A DNA stretch of 64,000 nucleotides from Okamejei kenojei (GCA_035221665.1 CM069140.1:28148001-28212000); one strand, 5' to 3'. Positions 10,906 to 22,770 are shown, numbered from the stretch's first letter. Numbers and translations: made by a program. Notes: generated by a model not told the origin, from the letters alone.

Positions 10906-11868
10906 CATGGCCGTCCGAAGGGGGGGTGCGTTGGGTGCGACCGCACCACTCTTTTTTCCCCCAGAGTAAGAAAAAATCCCGAGGGAAAAAAATAATTATT
11001 TTTAAAAAATTGAGAAAAAGAAAAAATTCGGAACAAAAAAATCAGCGTTTCCACTTTGTCGGAAAAGCACCCAAAATTCTGGTTCCGACCGCTGGATGAG
11101 TTGGGAGAAAAAAATGCGACCATCCGTGCCTGCGCAGTTGGGGAAGTGACGCAAAATGATGCCGTACCTCCGCGTGTGCGCAGTGTGCTCAGGCGGGATC
11201 AGACTGCCATTTGCACTCCACACATTGAGCTCGATGCCTCATGTCGTCTACTCCGGGTAAGTAGTGGAATATTGTGTTGCAGGAGGGGGAATGTTTTTTA
11301 TCCTCGGTTCAAACTACCCATGAGGGGGTCTAATCTGGTGTGAGACCGTTCTCCCGTCGCCGGGCAGGAGTGGCTGAATCTCATCCCAGCGGCTGTAACC
11401 ACAACACCAGACGCCGCTGCGGCGGGGCCCGCTCCCCTCGCCTCCTCCCGCCGCCGGGGCCCAAGCCATCTTCCCCCCAAGGCACCTCCGCTGGGCCCAC
11501 GCCACCCTCGCTGGGCCCACGCCAGCTTCATAGCCCCCCCGCCCGCTGGGCCCACGCCACCCCCGCTGGCCCCGCGCCACCTTCATCTTCGCCCCCCCCT
11601 CGCCAGAAAGAGGGGGGGGATGTGGGAGGGGGAGAGAGAGAAGGGAAGGGAGGGGAGAGAGAGAGAGATGGGGGAGGGAAGAGGGAAAGGGGGATTATCT
11701 GTGGTGAGTGCAAAATTAAGATAGGTTTTAGAGCTATTATATTTTCTCCTCCATATGAATAATTGTAAACAATATCAAATAATATCAAACAATTGGAATT
11801 GCTTTCTTTTCCTTGATAACAATACTGAAAAATATGAATTCTATAGTTTGTGACATAAACTATGACAA
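10906..11868 (+). mobile_element. hAT-like element, left arm
   Basis: Starts CATGGCCGTCCGAAG after CCTTA; GC-rich with CGCTGGGCCCACGCCA repeats at ~11489-11580; pairs with the end at 19506. Confidence 0.5.
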
Positions 11869-12730
11869 TTGTCCAAAGCCCCCCGCTCTTTGGACAATCA
11901 TCAGCTGACGACCAAACTGAATGAGTTGTACTGCAGGTTTGAAAATCAGAAACGTAACCCTGGTACCCCCTCCCCAACAAACACAGCCAGACCCCAGTCT
12001 GCAAAAAATGGACCCTGCACTCTCTCCTTCCCGTTCACCACTTCATACCTACTTAAGGCAAGACTCCAGTATGAAAAGAGTGGACCCTTTCCCACCCCAA
12101 CCAACACTTCACACCCAATTACTCATTTTTAACCAGTCCCTGCAAACATGTACTGTCCCTGCCTGCTTCAAAGTCTCCACTATTGTCCCTGTACCGAAAA
12201 AGGTAAGGATTACTGGTCTTAATGACTACAGGCTTGTCGCACTAACCTCTGTAGTCATGAAGACCGTTGAAAGGCTTGTGCTGGCCAAGCCGAAAAATAT
12301 CACAATCCCTCTGCTGGACCCTCTGCATTTTGCATGTTGGGCCAATAGATCTCAGGATGACGCAGTCAATCTGGGCCTGCACTTCATCCTCCAGCACCTA
12401 GACCGCCAGGGGACCTATGCGAGGATTTTGTTTGTTGATTTTAGCTCTGCATTGAACACCATTGTGCCAGAGCTACTATGCTCCAAACTTTCTGAGTTGA
12501 CTGTGCCTGAACCCCTCTGTCGGTGGATCACCAGCTTTCTGACAGACAGGAAGCAGCATGTGAGATGGGATAGCATATCTCGGACCCTCAAACGCTCAGC
12601 ATAGGAGCACCACAAGATGCGTACTCTCCCCTTTCGCCACACCAATGACTGCACCTCCACAGACACCTCTGTCAAGCTTCTCAAGTTTGCGGACGACACA
12701 ACCCTGATTGGACCGACCCAGGATGGGGAT
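11869..12730 (+). pseudogene. Rex1/Babar reverse transcriptase fragment
   Basis: [50 protein letters not shown]. Confidence 0.9.
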
Positions 12731-13046
12731 CTCTGTACTCTATTCAGTTTGACATATTTCCTATAACGTGGTGCCCAGAACTGAACACAATATTCTAAAT
12801 GCGGCCTCACCAACGTCTTATACAACTGCAACATGACCTCCCAACTTCTATACTCAATATAGAAACATAGAAAATAGGTGCAGGAGGAGGCCATTCGGCC
12901 CATCGAGCCAGCACCGCCATTCATTGTGATCATGGCTGATCGATCCCTATCAATAACCCGTGCCTGCCTTCTCCCCATATCCCTTGACTCCACTAGCCCC
13001 TAGAGCTCTATCTAACTCTCCCTTAAATCCATCCAGTGACTTGGCT
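12731..13046 (-). mobile_element. Two CR1 fragments (ORF2 piece and 3' tail)
   Basis: [17 protein letters not shown]; (TTTCTATG)n tail. Confidence 0.8.
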
Positions 13047-13088
13047 GAAAAAATAAAGTAGTATTTATTAACACAAATCAAAAACCCC

Positions 13089-14028
13089 TCACTCGGGGAT
13101 AAATGTTTCTTGGTGACCAGTACTTAACACTGTCTCTGCAAACGTAGCAGGAGCGGCCACAGGTTTATTATAAAACCGCTGGAATTGTAGCTTCACTGGC
13201 CCAGCCTGCTGTAGTGAGGATATGGTCCATGGGAACCTCCATGGTCCTCGCCGCTGATGTGGATGCAGCCCTAGTAGAATGGGATTTAAAGATATTAGTA
13301 TCAATACCTGCTGCATCCAATACCACCCTGAGCCACCTGGAGATCGTCTGCACCGTCACCCTGTGATGGGGTTTCTTATGGCTGATCAGCAGTCCTTTCT
13401 CCATTTTCCTGATGGTATGCGTCATTTTTATATAGTGACGTATGTAGGTGGCTATGCAGAGCCTCACATCAACGGGGTATGCTGGAAATATTAATTGCAG
13501 CCCTGTAGTCCCAGGTCTGTGCTGCTTGAGTAACTCATCAATAAAGAAAGTTACTCTCTCAGGGGTAGAGACCATGTTATCCAATTTTATCTTTTGCAAA
13601 GTCTGGACCTGCTGAGCCGATGTTAGCGCCATTAATATCACCATCTTCAGGGTGAGTTTATCCAACGGTAGTCCAATCATTGGCGACCAACTCCTGAGTA
13701 GGGTCAATACTATCCCTATGTCCCAGGTGATGTTGTATCGTGGTCGGGGAGCGTTCGAATTGAAGATACCCCTCATCAATTTGGACACGAGCTGGTGAGA
13801 TCCTACTCCTATACAGAGGTAGGATGACAGTTCACTCCTGGCACTGTTGATGGCGCTGTAGTTGAGGCCCTCATCATGATGCAGCCCCATGAGGAATTCC
13901 AGCACATGGGGAATCATGGCGGAGTCATACGTGATGTTAATCCGGCTGCAGTAGACGTCCCATTTCCTGATTTGGGTGAGGTACTGTCGTCTAGTGGATA
14001 CTCTGCACGATGCTGCAATGGTGTCCAT
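13089..14028 (-). pseudogene. DIRS tyrosine recombinase
   Basis: YSAINSARS, PRPRYNITWD, LMALTSAQQ (catalytic R lost), HSTRAASTS, AGW, then frameshift to FQRFYNK. Confidence 0.92.
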
Positions 14029-14066
14029 GGTCCTTGGTGTTAGTCCATATTGCAGGAGTGGCCTCT

Positions 14067-15995
14067 TCAGAACCTGCAGGCCAACAGGTTCAGGTGACTA
14101 TGGCACGGATGGTATTCCCCTGTAGTGCGGTTAGTCACCAAATCCGGGCAGCTGTTAATATGTGCCCATGGTTCTTTAATCATCTCAAGGACCACCGGAT
14201 ACCATGGTTGTGTAGGCCAGTCGGGTATTATTAAGATGCCTTTTGCAGAATCTGATTTTATTTTCTGCAACACCCGACTGATGAGGCAAAATAAAGGAAA
14301 TGCATAGAAAAACCATTTCCCCCAGTGCAGCGAGAAAGCGTCCATCACTACTGCCCCACGAGCTGGTTCCCAAGATACATATGTTGGTATCTGATGGTTC
14401 AATCTGGACGCAAAAAGGTTGATTTCTGGTGTTCCAAATTTGGCAATAATTTTAGCAAATATTTGGGGATTCAACATCCATTCAATGTTATCATTGAACA
14501 CACGTGACCTGGTGTCCGCCACTGTATTGAGCTTACCTGGAAGGTAGGTAGCTGATTTCCAAATATTTCTTTCTATGCACCAGAGTCAGATTGAGTTTGC
14601 CAATTCATCACAAGATATTGACTTGATACCACCCATATGATTTAAGTATGTCACCACAGTGGTGTTATCTATTTGAAGACGGACATGCGTATGACGTAAA
14701 TTCATGCAATAAGCTCGTAGTCCGTGAAATGCTCCTAGCATCTCCAAATAGTTTATCCCTTGTGATAATAGAAGGGTCGATTTGTGTAAATCCCATCTAC
14801 CGCCACAACTGGAAGTAGTGTCGATAGCTCCCCAGCCTTGGGCGCTTGCGTCGGTTTGTACCACGTCTGACGGGTTCGGTACAATAATGGGATTGAATAA
14901 GTCACGAATATTATCAATCCACCATTGTAGCTCAACTTTTGCCTTAATTGGCAGCTGCATAAGTCTATCAAAATGTCCAGCATTTGTTTTTAATGCTGAA
15001 AATTTTGTTCTTTGCAAATTTTGATAGTGTAGAGGGCCAAATCGTGCAGCTGGAAATGTAGCTACTAATTTCCCAATTACCTTAGCAGCATGTCTGATTG
15101 TTGGTTTCCTGGCGCAAACAAGGTTGTTACATGCTTCAATAACATCCATTACCTTGTTATCTGGGATGGTAACAATCATTTGATTGGTGTTAATTGTGAA
15201 CCCCAGATAGTCCATGAGCTGTGAAGGGTAGAACTTAGATTTGTCTGGATGGATGACAAACCCTAATTTTGGAAACAATGTCTTAGTAGCTGTTACTGCT
15301 AAATTGGTCGATTCCATGGTCTTCCCCACAATCAAGATGTCTTCTAAATATGCCATGACAATATGGTTTTGTTTCCTCAGGGATGCCAATACTGGTTTCA
15401 AAATTGTTGTAAATAACCTAGGGGCTGTTGTAAGCCCATTAGATAGGGCTCTATATTGCCATAGCTGATCCATCCAAACAAACTTCAAGAACTTTCGGTG
15501 ATGTTTCCGTATGGATACTGAATAGTATGCATCTTTTAAATCGATGCATGCCATAAAGCACCCTTTGGAAATCAGTGATTTAGCTGTTTCAAATGTGTCC
15601 ATTTTAAAATGGGTATATTTTACAAAAGTATTCAAATGGGTTAAATCAATAATAATCCGACATCCATCTTTTTTAGTTTTGGTAAAGATGTTGGATACGA
15701 ACTCAAGAGGTTCGTGCATCGTTTTCTCTATCATCCCTTTTGCATGTAGCCTCAAAATTTCCTCATGTCCTTCCGCTATTTCCTTATGGGAAAGTGCAAA
15801 TTTCCGGTCTGGTACATGTTGAGGCGGGGGAAGTTGTTCATTTATGAATTCAATTTCATACCCCCGAATACTTAGTAAAACAAACGAGTCTGAAGTTATA
15901 AAGCTCCATGCATCCCAGAATAAACGTAACCTCCCACCAACTTGTGAGGTTAAACATGCAGCACTTGCATGAGAACCAGCCCCCCTTACCTACAC
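14067..15995 (-). pseudogene. DIRS pol: RT - RNase H - adenine-methyltransferase-like domain
   Basis: One frame with TAG at 15990-15992 and TGA at 14586-14588; VGGRL, IDLKDAYY, AYLEDIL (YLDD mutated), TDASAQGWG, INYLEM, IDNTT, NLFASRLN, YAFPLF, PDWPTQPWYP. Confidence 0.93.
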
Positions 15996-15997
15996 GG

Positions 15998-17820
15998 TTA
16001 CCGGCGGGCCCTGATGTTCTGGATTTTGGTGCTCCGTTGTGTTGCTGGTTTATGGTGTTGGCGCATCTTCCACGCCGGTCGCTGTTGGCCCTGCCCTAAA
16101 AATTTATTTTGTTGTTGGGGTGCGGCCGGCGTGTAGATTCTTGCTGATCTTTCAGGTAGCCCCCGAGGTCTTAATATGGTGTTTGTCTGCGCGCTGCCGG
16201 CCTGCTGGAGGGAGGTGGTTTCATTAACCCGACTCCTCGTCCAGGTCCTTGACCTGTTTGGGCAGGTCCTCACCGAACAGCTGTCTCGGTGGTGGCGTTG
16301 CAGATGCCTTGCACAACCCCGCGAACTTGGGGTTGAGAGTCGGCTTGATGGAAAGTTTCCGGAAAGCGTTGATTCCGTATTGTGTGTTACACAATAACGC
16401 AAGAGCATCTTCCTGCTCCTCCGTCATCTCCGTGCCGTCAACCGATCTGGCAAAGGCAGTGATGCCCGACGTCAACAGTTTCAGGATTTTTTGTAGTTTG
16501 AGTTCCTGTGCCTTTATTCCTTGACTGATGTTGCCCCAGATGGGCGTGTTGACTGTCGGTACATTCAATGATACACAGTTGTTCGGGGGCTTGTATTTGT
16601 TCATAGTCTCGCTTAAGACATGATCCTGCAGCTGGTGTGTAGTGAGGTAGTCAATGCTAGCCGCTAGATTGGGCTGCAATGGCTGTCCTGAGTGCGTTGG
16701 TTGGGCAAATTTGGAAACCACATCCAGAAGTTCCTCTTGGGGTTTCTCAGGTGTTGCAGGTCCCTGCGCCATCCCTTCTTCCACGTCAGCCAGTTGCTGA
16801 CCCCTGGCACTCCCCACCGATGATGGGGACATGCTGGGTGGCCCATATGCATGTCTCCTGGAACTGGAGGACATCCGGTCCTACTGCTGGAGATTTAGCT
16901 CTAGGAGTCGCTCCATCAAGCGCTCCATGCGGGCCATGCGACCGCCGCCGCTATCTGCGGACAACAAGTCGACTTCCCAGGTTCTCCTGAACTACTGAGG
17001 CTTCTGCCATCGGCCCGCACCTCGTCGAGGTGATGTCTAGGGTGCCTAGGCAGGATGTCGCTGCCTGCCGCTCCAGCGGGGCTATGCGACTCCCGCGCGG
17101 ACATGCCGCTAGTCTGCGGTCTTCTGGACTGTGGCGGCCCGCCTGTCTGGAAAGACATGAGCGGTGTGGAGTCGGGTCCAGCCGCCGAAGCGGGGTTCAC
17201 CGACATCCGCACGGGCTTGCCGCCTGTCCTCCCCCGGGACAAAGGCGACGTTCGGTCACATCCAGCCGCTAATTGCGGGGTGCGGTGACCGAGATGATAT
17301 ACCGCCGGCCCGCGATCTGGCAGGCTCCCCCGGTGATGAGTCTGAGCCGGCCGCACCTGCGGGGCTCCCAGACTCAGGCCTCGATTCCTCACCGCGATCT
17401 GGTGGACTGCTCCAGTGGCAAGTTGGCGCCGGCCGCTGCAGCGGGGCTCTCCGACATTCGTGCGGTTCTTCCCCTAGTTCGCCCTCTGTTGACCTGAATA
17501 GTAAGGGAGACAGAACGTGCCGCAGAGCGGGTAACACGTTTGCGCACCTTTTTTCCACTAACCCTATGCTTAGGTGACAGTGGTAGGGAGTCAGGGTCTA
17601 CCCTACCCTGCTCCTGCGCGGTGCTCCTACCACTATCCGACTCCATGGATAGCCGTGGTGGAGAGTCGGGTCCTGGTAAAGTAGGGCTCCCCGACTTCCG
17701 CGTCCTGTTCCCGGCCCGACGAGCGGGTGCTGCCGTGGTAGCGGGCAGCTCCGGGGAATGCAGCCGCTGACTGCTGGCGGAAGTCCTGCGGCTGGAGGTA
17801 TTTTTCAAACTCCTTTCCAT
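15998..17820 (-). pseudogene. DIRS gag/ORF1, frameshifted, long repetitive N-terminus
   Basis: ATG at 17820; PPNNCVSLNVPTVNTPIW and QLFGEDL motifs; stop at 15998-16000 just before pol. Confidence 0.75.
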
Positions 17821-18024
17821 CGTCCCTGTGAACACAAAAATTATATTCCCAGGAACTAACCAACTCAAGGTTAGTTCCTCTTACCTGAGCGGTCCTTTTT
17901 GAAGGGCTGGTGGAGGAGCGCACTCCCCCCCCCCCCAGCCGTCAACTGTCAGCGACGATACGTCGCGCATGTGTGCTGGCGGGGTCTTCACGAAATCACT
18001 TACGTGACTCCGAAATGAAATAAT

Positions 18025-18350
18025 GATTTGAATAGATATGGTTCAGTCTTTTGCTCAGAGTAGGTGAATCGAGGAGCAGAGGACATAAGTTTAAGGTGAA
18101 GGGCAAAAGATTTAATAGGAATCTGAGGGGTATGTTTTTCACACAAAGGCTGGTAGGTGTATGGAACAAGCTGCCAGAGGAGGTAGTTGAGGCGGGGACT
18201 ATCGCAACATTTAAGAAACAGTTAGACAGGTACATGGATAGGACAGGTTCGGAGGGATATGGATCAAACGTGGGCAGGTGGGACTAGTGCAGATGGGACA
18301 TGCTGGGCCGAAGGGCCTGTTTCCACACTGTATCACTCTATGACTCTATC
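18025..18350 (+). mobile_element. CR1 3' end
   Basis: SRGHKFKVKG..FFTQRLVGVWNKLP..FKKQLD; CTCTATGACTCTAT tail. Confidence 0.85.
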
Positions 18351-18359
18351 TATCTTTCC

Positions 18360-18625
18360 CTCTCAAACCCATTCTCCTGCCTTCTCCCCATTACCTCTGA
18401 CACCCGTATCAATCAAGAATCTATCAATCTCCTCCTGAAAAATGTCCATTGACTTGACCTCCACAGCTGTCTGTGGCAATGAATTCCACAGTTCATCACC
18501 CTCTGACTTAAGAAATTCCTGCTCATCTCCTTCCTAAAGGAATGTCTTTTAATTCCGAGGCTGTGGCCACTGGTCCTAGACTCTCCCACTAGTGGAAACA
18601 TCCTCTCCACATCCACTCCATCCAG
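18360..18625 (-). mobile_element. CR1 3' fragment
   Basis: DVERMFPLVGESRTSGHSL. Confidence 0.8.
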
Positions 18626-18806
18626 GTTTTTACCAGGCTGGGACAGATGGCAACAGCTTCACACCGTGTCCCAAAGCTTGTGTCCTGTCCTGCATCACCC
18701 AAGGCAGCAGAGACGTTATAGGAGAGGGCAAGCACCGTAACAAAGTAGCTCACGATGGTTTGGGTAACATTCAGGAATGTCTATGCATGTCACATCATGA
18801 ATATTA

Positions 18807-18900
18807 CTGAAGAATGGTCTTGACCCGAAATATAATCTATACCTTTTCTCCAGAGATGCTGCCTGACTCGCTGAGTTAATCTAGCACTTTGTGTCTATTT
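18807..18900 (+). mobile_element. Penelope-derived hammerhead repeat, degenerate
   Basis: CTGAAGAATGGTCTTGACCCGAAA plus conserved downstream block. Confidence 0.75.
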
Positions 18901-19044
18901 TCCCTTCACCCATCTGCCCAAGCCCACTATCCCCCTTCCTTTCCTATGTTCCTTTCCACCCATAAACCTCTCTCTGCCTTTACATTTCACTCCTCTTTCA
19001 AATCTGCTCTACTTATCTACATGCATTTTTCTTCTTAACTTTTT

Positions 19045-19295
19045 AGACATAGAATGATGCAGTGTGGAAACAGGCCCTTCAGCCCAACTTGCCCACACCG
19101 ACCAACATGTCCCATCTAAACTTGTCCCACTCACACGCGTTTGGCCCATATCCATCTAAATCTGTCCTATCCATGTACGTGTCCAAATGTCTCTTAAACA
19201 TTGGGATAGTCCCAGCCTTAACTACTTCCTCTGGCAGCTCGTTCCATACACCCAGCACCCTTTGTGTGAAAAAGCTACCTCAGATTCCTGTTAAT
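19045..19295 (-). mobile_element. CR1 3' end
   Basis: Reverse complement of the 18120-18345 type tail. Confidence 0.8.
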
Positions 19296-19304
19296 TTCTG
19301 AAAT

Positions 19305-19506
19305 ATTGGTTGTAAATTTAGTGCAAAAATGCTCCAAAACAGGGCTCAGAATGCATCAGATAGCATCTAAAACCCCAGAGCTTCAAGGCATCAAGGGACT
19401 TCATGCTTCGTGCTCGTGATGTGCGCAGCGCCCACATTATTTCACATTAAATTTTTTGTAATCCTGACATGCGACCCCTCATTTTGGAAAGCTTCGTATG
19501 GGCCTG
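19305..19506 (+). mobile_element. hAT-like element, right arm
   Basis: Ends CTTCGTATGGGCCTG followed by CCTTA. Confidence 0.55.
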
Positions 19507-20059
19507 CCTTATACAGCATAAAATGCATATATAACTTGTAAACAGCTGTACAGACACATCCTGGTGTACAATACCATATGTTGTTAGTACATCTCTACCA
19601 CCGGTGTAACTACGTAATATGTGAATTGAGTGTTAATATAAAGTGTACAGTAAGGTGGAGCTAGTGTTAGTACATTACTCTGATTGGTGCACATGCACTA
19701 ACCAATCTGCATAACTAATTCTGTTCTGTAGGTATACATCAATCATATAACCACTGCTCTCTCTCAGAAATTGTGTTGGGATTCTTGAGATAGTTTTGGT
19801 TGATTCTGACAAGATCTACTGACGGCAGTCAATAGGTCAACTGGCCTCCTCTGAAAAAGTCTAAGAGGAGACTTCAAGATATATGAAATATGAAAAAAAA
19901 AAGATTATAAGAGATATTGTGTCCAAATGTTCAGGTGTAAGAATCTTGTGGTAAATGATTTATTTAAAACATACAATGTTCGTAAGATATTCAAAAATCC
20001 TCCAAAACCAGATTGTTAGTCATTGGGTATTTCCCCCATCCAAGTTATTTGTAGATTAC

Positions 20060-20382
20060 ATAAAAGGGGCTCACCAAATTATGGATGATCCGATTTAAGG
20101 AAATTCAGCTTTGCGCAAATTGTCCCACATATTTATAAATCATTTTTTGATTTAATAATAAAATTGTTTGTGCAATTCATTGAATGGATACATACATATT
20201 CCAGTAGTTTAATTACGAGTAACGTTAGGGAGCACTTTCAATGAAATGGAAACATTATAGCAAGTATATGTAGAGCAATTTGATACGTATATATTTAAAG
20301 AAATGGATATGTCCGATTTAAGGAGAAATGGGTTGCAGACAGTTCTTGGAAAGGAACCCTTATTTAATCTGTGGACTGCCTG
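20060..20382. mobile_element. Possible ancient Tigger/pogo-like MITE
   Basis: Right end AATCTGTGGACTGCCTG, degenerate left end, internal direct repeat TCCGATTTAAGGA. Confidence 0.3.
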
Positions 20383-21314
20383 ACTAACCTATTAATATAA
20401 TTTAAAAATCCTATAGGGTTAGAAGGAGCAGCAAACCTTATAAATGCCCATAGGTATCACACTATCAATGCACAGAAGCAACTTAATGTATTTACTAATA
20501 ACTACAGTTAATGTTAATCAAAGCATATCAGATCAGCATTTTCAGTCATTTATACTTGCAAGAGCTGTAAGAACATTGGAATTTGGAGCAGGAGTAGGTC
20601 ATCTGGCCACAGCATTCATCAACATCATGGCTGATCTCACTCAGCTTAAATTTCCTACACTATCTCAAAATCCATTGATTCCTTAATATCCATCAATGAA
20701 TCTCTCCATTTTGTATAAACTCAACAACTAAGCATCCAAATTCCTCCAGAGTTAGTGTTAGGGTAATTTAGCTAAGTCCAAACACGAGTCTCTAAAATCA
20801 ATGACACCCATATATGTCATGATCTTCTCCCAATATTTCAACCGAAATGAGAAAGTCATATATACAATTCCAACAGAAAGCAGAAAACAGAAATACAACA
20901 CAGAATATCTGGCACTCAAAAAAAAACTAACATTTGCATCAGCAACCTTTGGGTTCTAGGACACATGAAGACCTTTAAAAGCCTTCCAGTTTAAAAGTTG
21001 CTTACTGACATTTTGATTCTGGTGACAGTATAAAAGAAAAATTCAATCCCGCTGTTGTGACTTTTGAATTGAACAACTTGGAGACTGAAACTGGTTGATA
21101 TAAAAGTATTCATTCATCTTTTGGGTTTTAACTTTTGTTTTTTTTTTAAAAACACAGATACGACAATAAACAATTAACAACAGTTTCAATTGCACACAAA
21201 AACACCCTAATGATTACCCACATTTTAATGATTTATCAACTAAACATTACATTTTGTGTGTAGACAAGTAACTTTGCAGAAGTACATATTTTCATTTGGA
21301 CCATATTGTTTCAA

Positions 21315-21996
21315 GGTTAGTTTATTGTCACATGTACCAATTAAGGTACAATGAAATTTGAATTACCATACAGCCATACTAAAAAAATAGCAACAAGACA
21401 CACAACTACATAAAAGTTAACATAAACTACCACCAAAACGGATTCCCCACGTTCCCCACTGTGATGGAAGGCAATAAAGTCCAATCTTCTTCCTCTTTTA
21501 TTTAACCATCTGCAGTCGGGGCGATCGAAGCTCCCGTAGCCGGCGGTCGAAGCCCCCGTGTCAGGGCGGTCGAAGCTCCTGCGTCGGGGTGATCGAAACT
21601 CTCTGCGGCTTCGGTTCCCGAAGTCGGTCTCTAACCAGAGACTGCGATGTTAAAGTCCGCAGGCTCCCGCGGTTGGAGCAACAAAGTCGACCCCCGACAG
21701 GGATCGTGAGCTCCGTGATGTTAAGTCCACAGGCTCCCGCGGTGGAGCTCTCGAAGTTGGTCTCCAGCAAAGGCAGCCAACTCCTCGATGTTAGGCCGCA
21801 GTGCTGATGGAGACAATACGAAAAAAAAAAATCGCATCTCCGTCGAGGTAAGAGATTAGAAAAAGTTGGGTTTTAGTGTTCGAGCTAAACAAGCTAAAGA
21901 AAACTAAAAACATACATTTAACACATGCAAACAAACAAACAACAAAGGAAGGGACAGACAGACTGTTGGCGAGGCAGCCATTGCTGCAAAGGCACC
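21315..21996 (-). mobile_element. Non-autonomous retroelement with Rex1-type 3' tail and internal tandem subrepeats
   Basis: Minus-strand tail CATGTGACAATAAACTAACC as in Rex1 copies; GC-rich repeated core; no ORF homology. Confidence 0.6.
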
Positions 21997-22770
21997 TCTG
22001 ATTATTCAAAAACCCTTGCTGGGACATAGTATTTCATATAAATGCTCTAGACGTTTCTAAGGATAAAGATTCCAGATGCCTGAAATTAGTATTGTGAGGG
22101 CTGACTCTCTTGAGTAGACAAATTCCCATTTATTGATAGACAGGCAAATTTGCCAGTGGTCATGTTTGATATGCCAAGTGATAAATAGGTCTGCTTGGAC
22201 ACCCACAAATCAGTACATTTAATTCAACAAATATCCATCGGGAAGTTTGCAGAGAGATGAACAAATTGTTCCATTCATGCGAGTAGGATTAGGAGATCCC
22301 ACTGGCTATAAACATTTGCATGTCACATTCAAAGTTAATGTAATGCTGTCTCGAAAACGTATTTAATTGTGATTATGGTGTGTTCCAAACCAGTCTATGA
22401 AATTTATCAGCTCTAAAACTGCCAGATCAGGAAAGGTCTTGCTTAAATTCAAAATGTATGAAACAGCTTTTATCTCAACATAGAATCTTAGAAGGAAAGT
22501 ACTTTATGATTCCCCAAACAATTGCAGTTACTTGTATTTGACTTGATCTGAATACCACAGCAGCTTGGCATATTGGAAGGATTTGCACTGTGTTCTCATG
22601 ATAGTAACACCTAAGGCATTCATGCTTCCGTATCCCAAAGTAAAGGTATCTAAGATACCAGTCTGTGTTAACCATTGCAATACCACTTTACTGGGGCAAC
22701 TGCAATCCATTTATTTACTGAGGTGAATAACTAGTTATAAAAAATTTCACCATATCCAGAGTGTTCCGGA

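Larger units (their letters stand above)
13047..18023 (-). mobile_element. DIRS1-like tyrosine-recombinase retrotransposon, 3' terminus missing
   Basis: gag, RT/RNase H/MT and YR in DIRS order; 5' end TTTCATTTCGGAGTCACGTAAGTGATTTCGTGAAG. Confidence 0.93.

Noticed and set aside
13168-15755. Integrase + methyltransferase + RT as a prokaryotic or phage defence module or contamination
   Set aside because: Domain order and motifs are those of DIRS1 retrotransposons, and the flanks are vertebrate repeats.
16880-17950. Host CpG island with many overlapping ORFs
   Set aside because: Explained by the GC-rich DIRS gag/leader; the extra ORFs reflect stop-poor composition.
18626-18806. Possible exon between repeats
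   Set aside because: No recognisable protein in the frames I translated and no convincing splice pair.
21517-21801. CRISPR-like repeat array
   Set aside because: Degenerate units without unique spacers, no cas genes, eukaryotic retroelement context.
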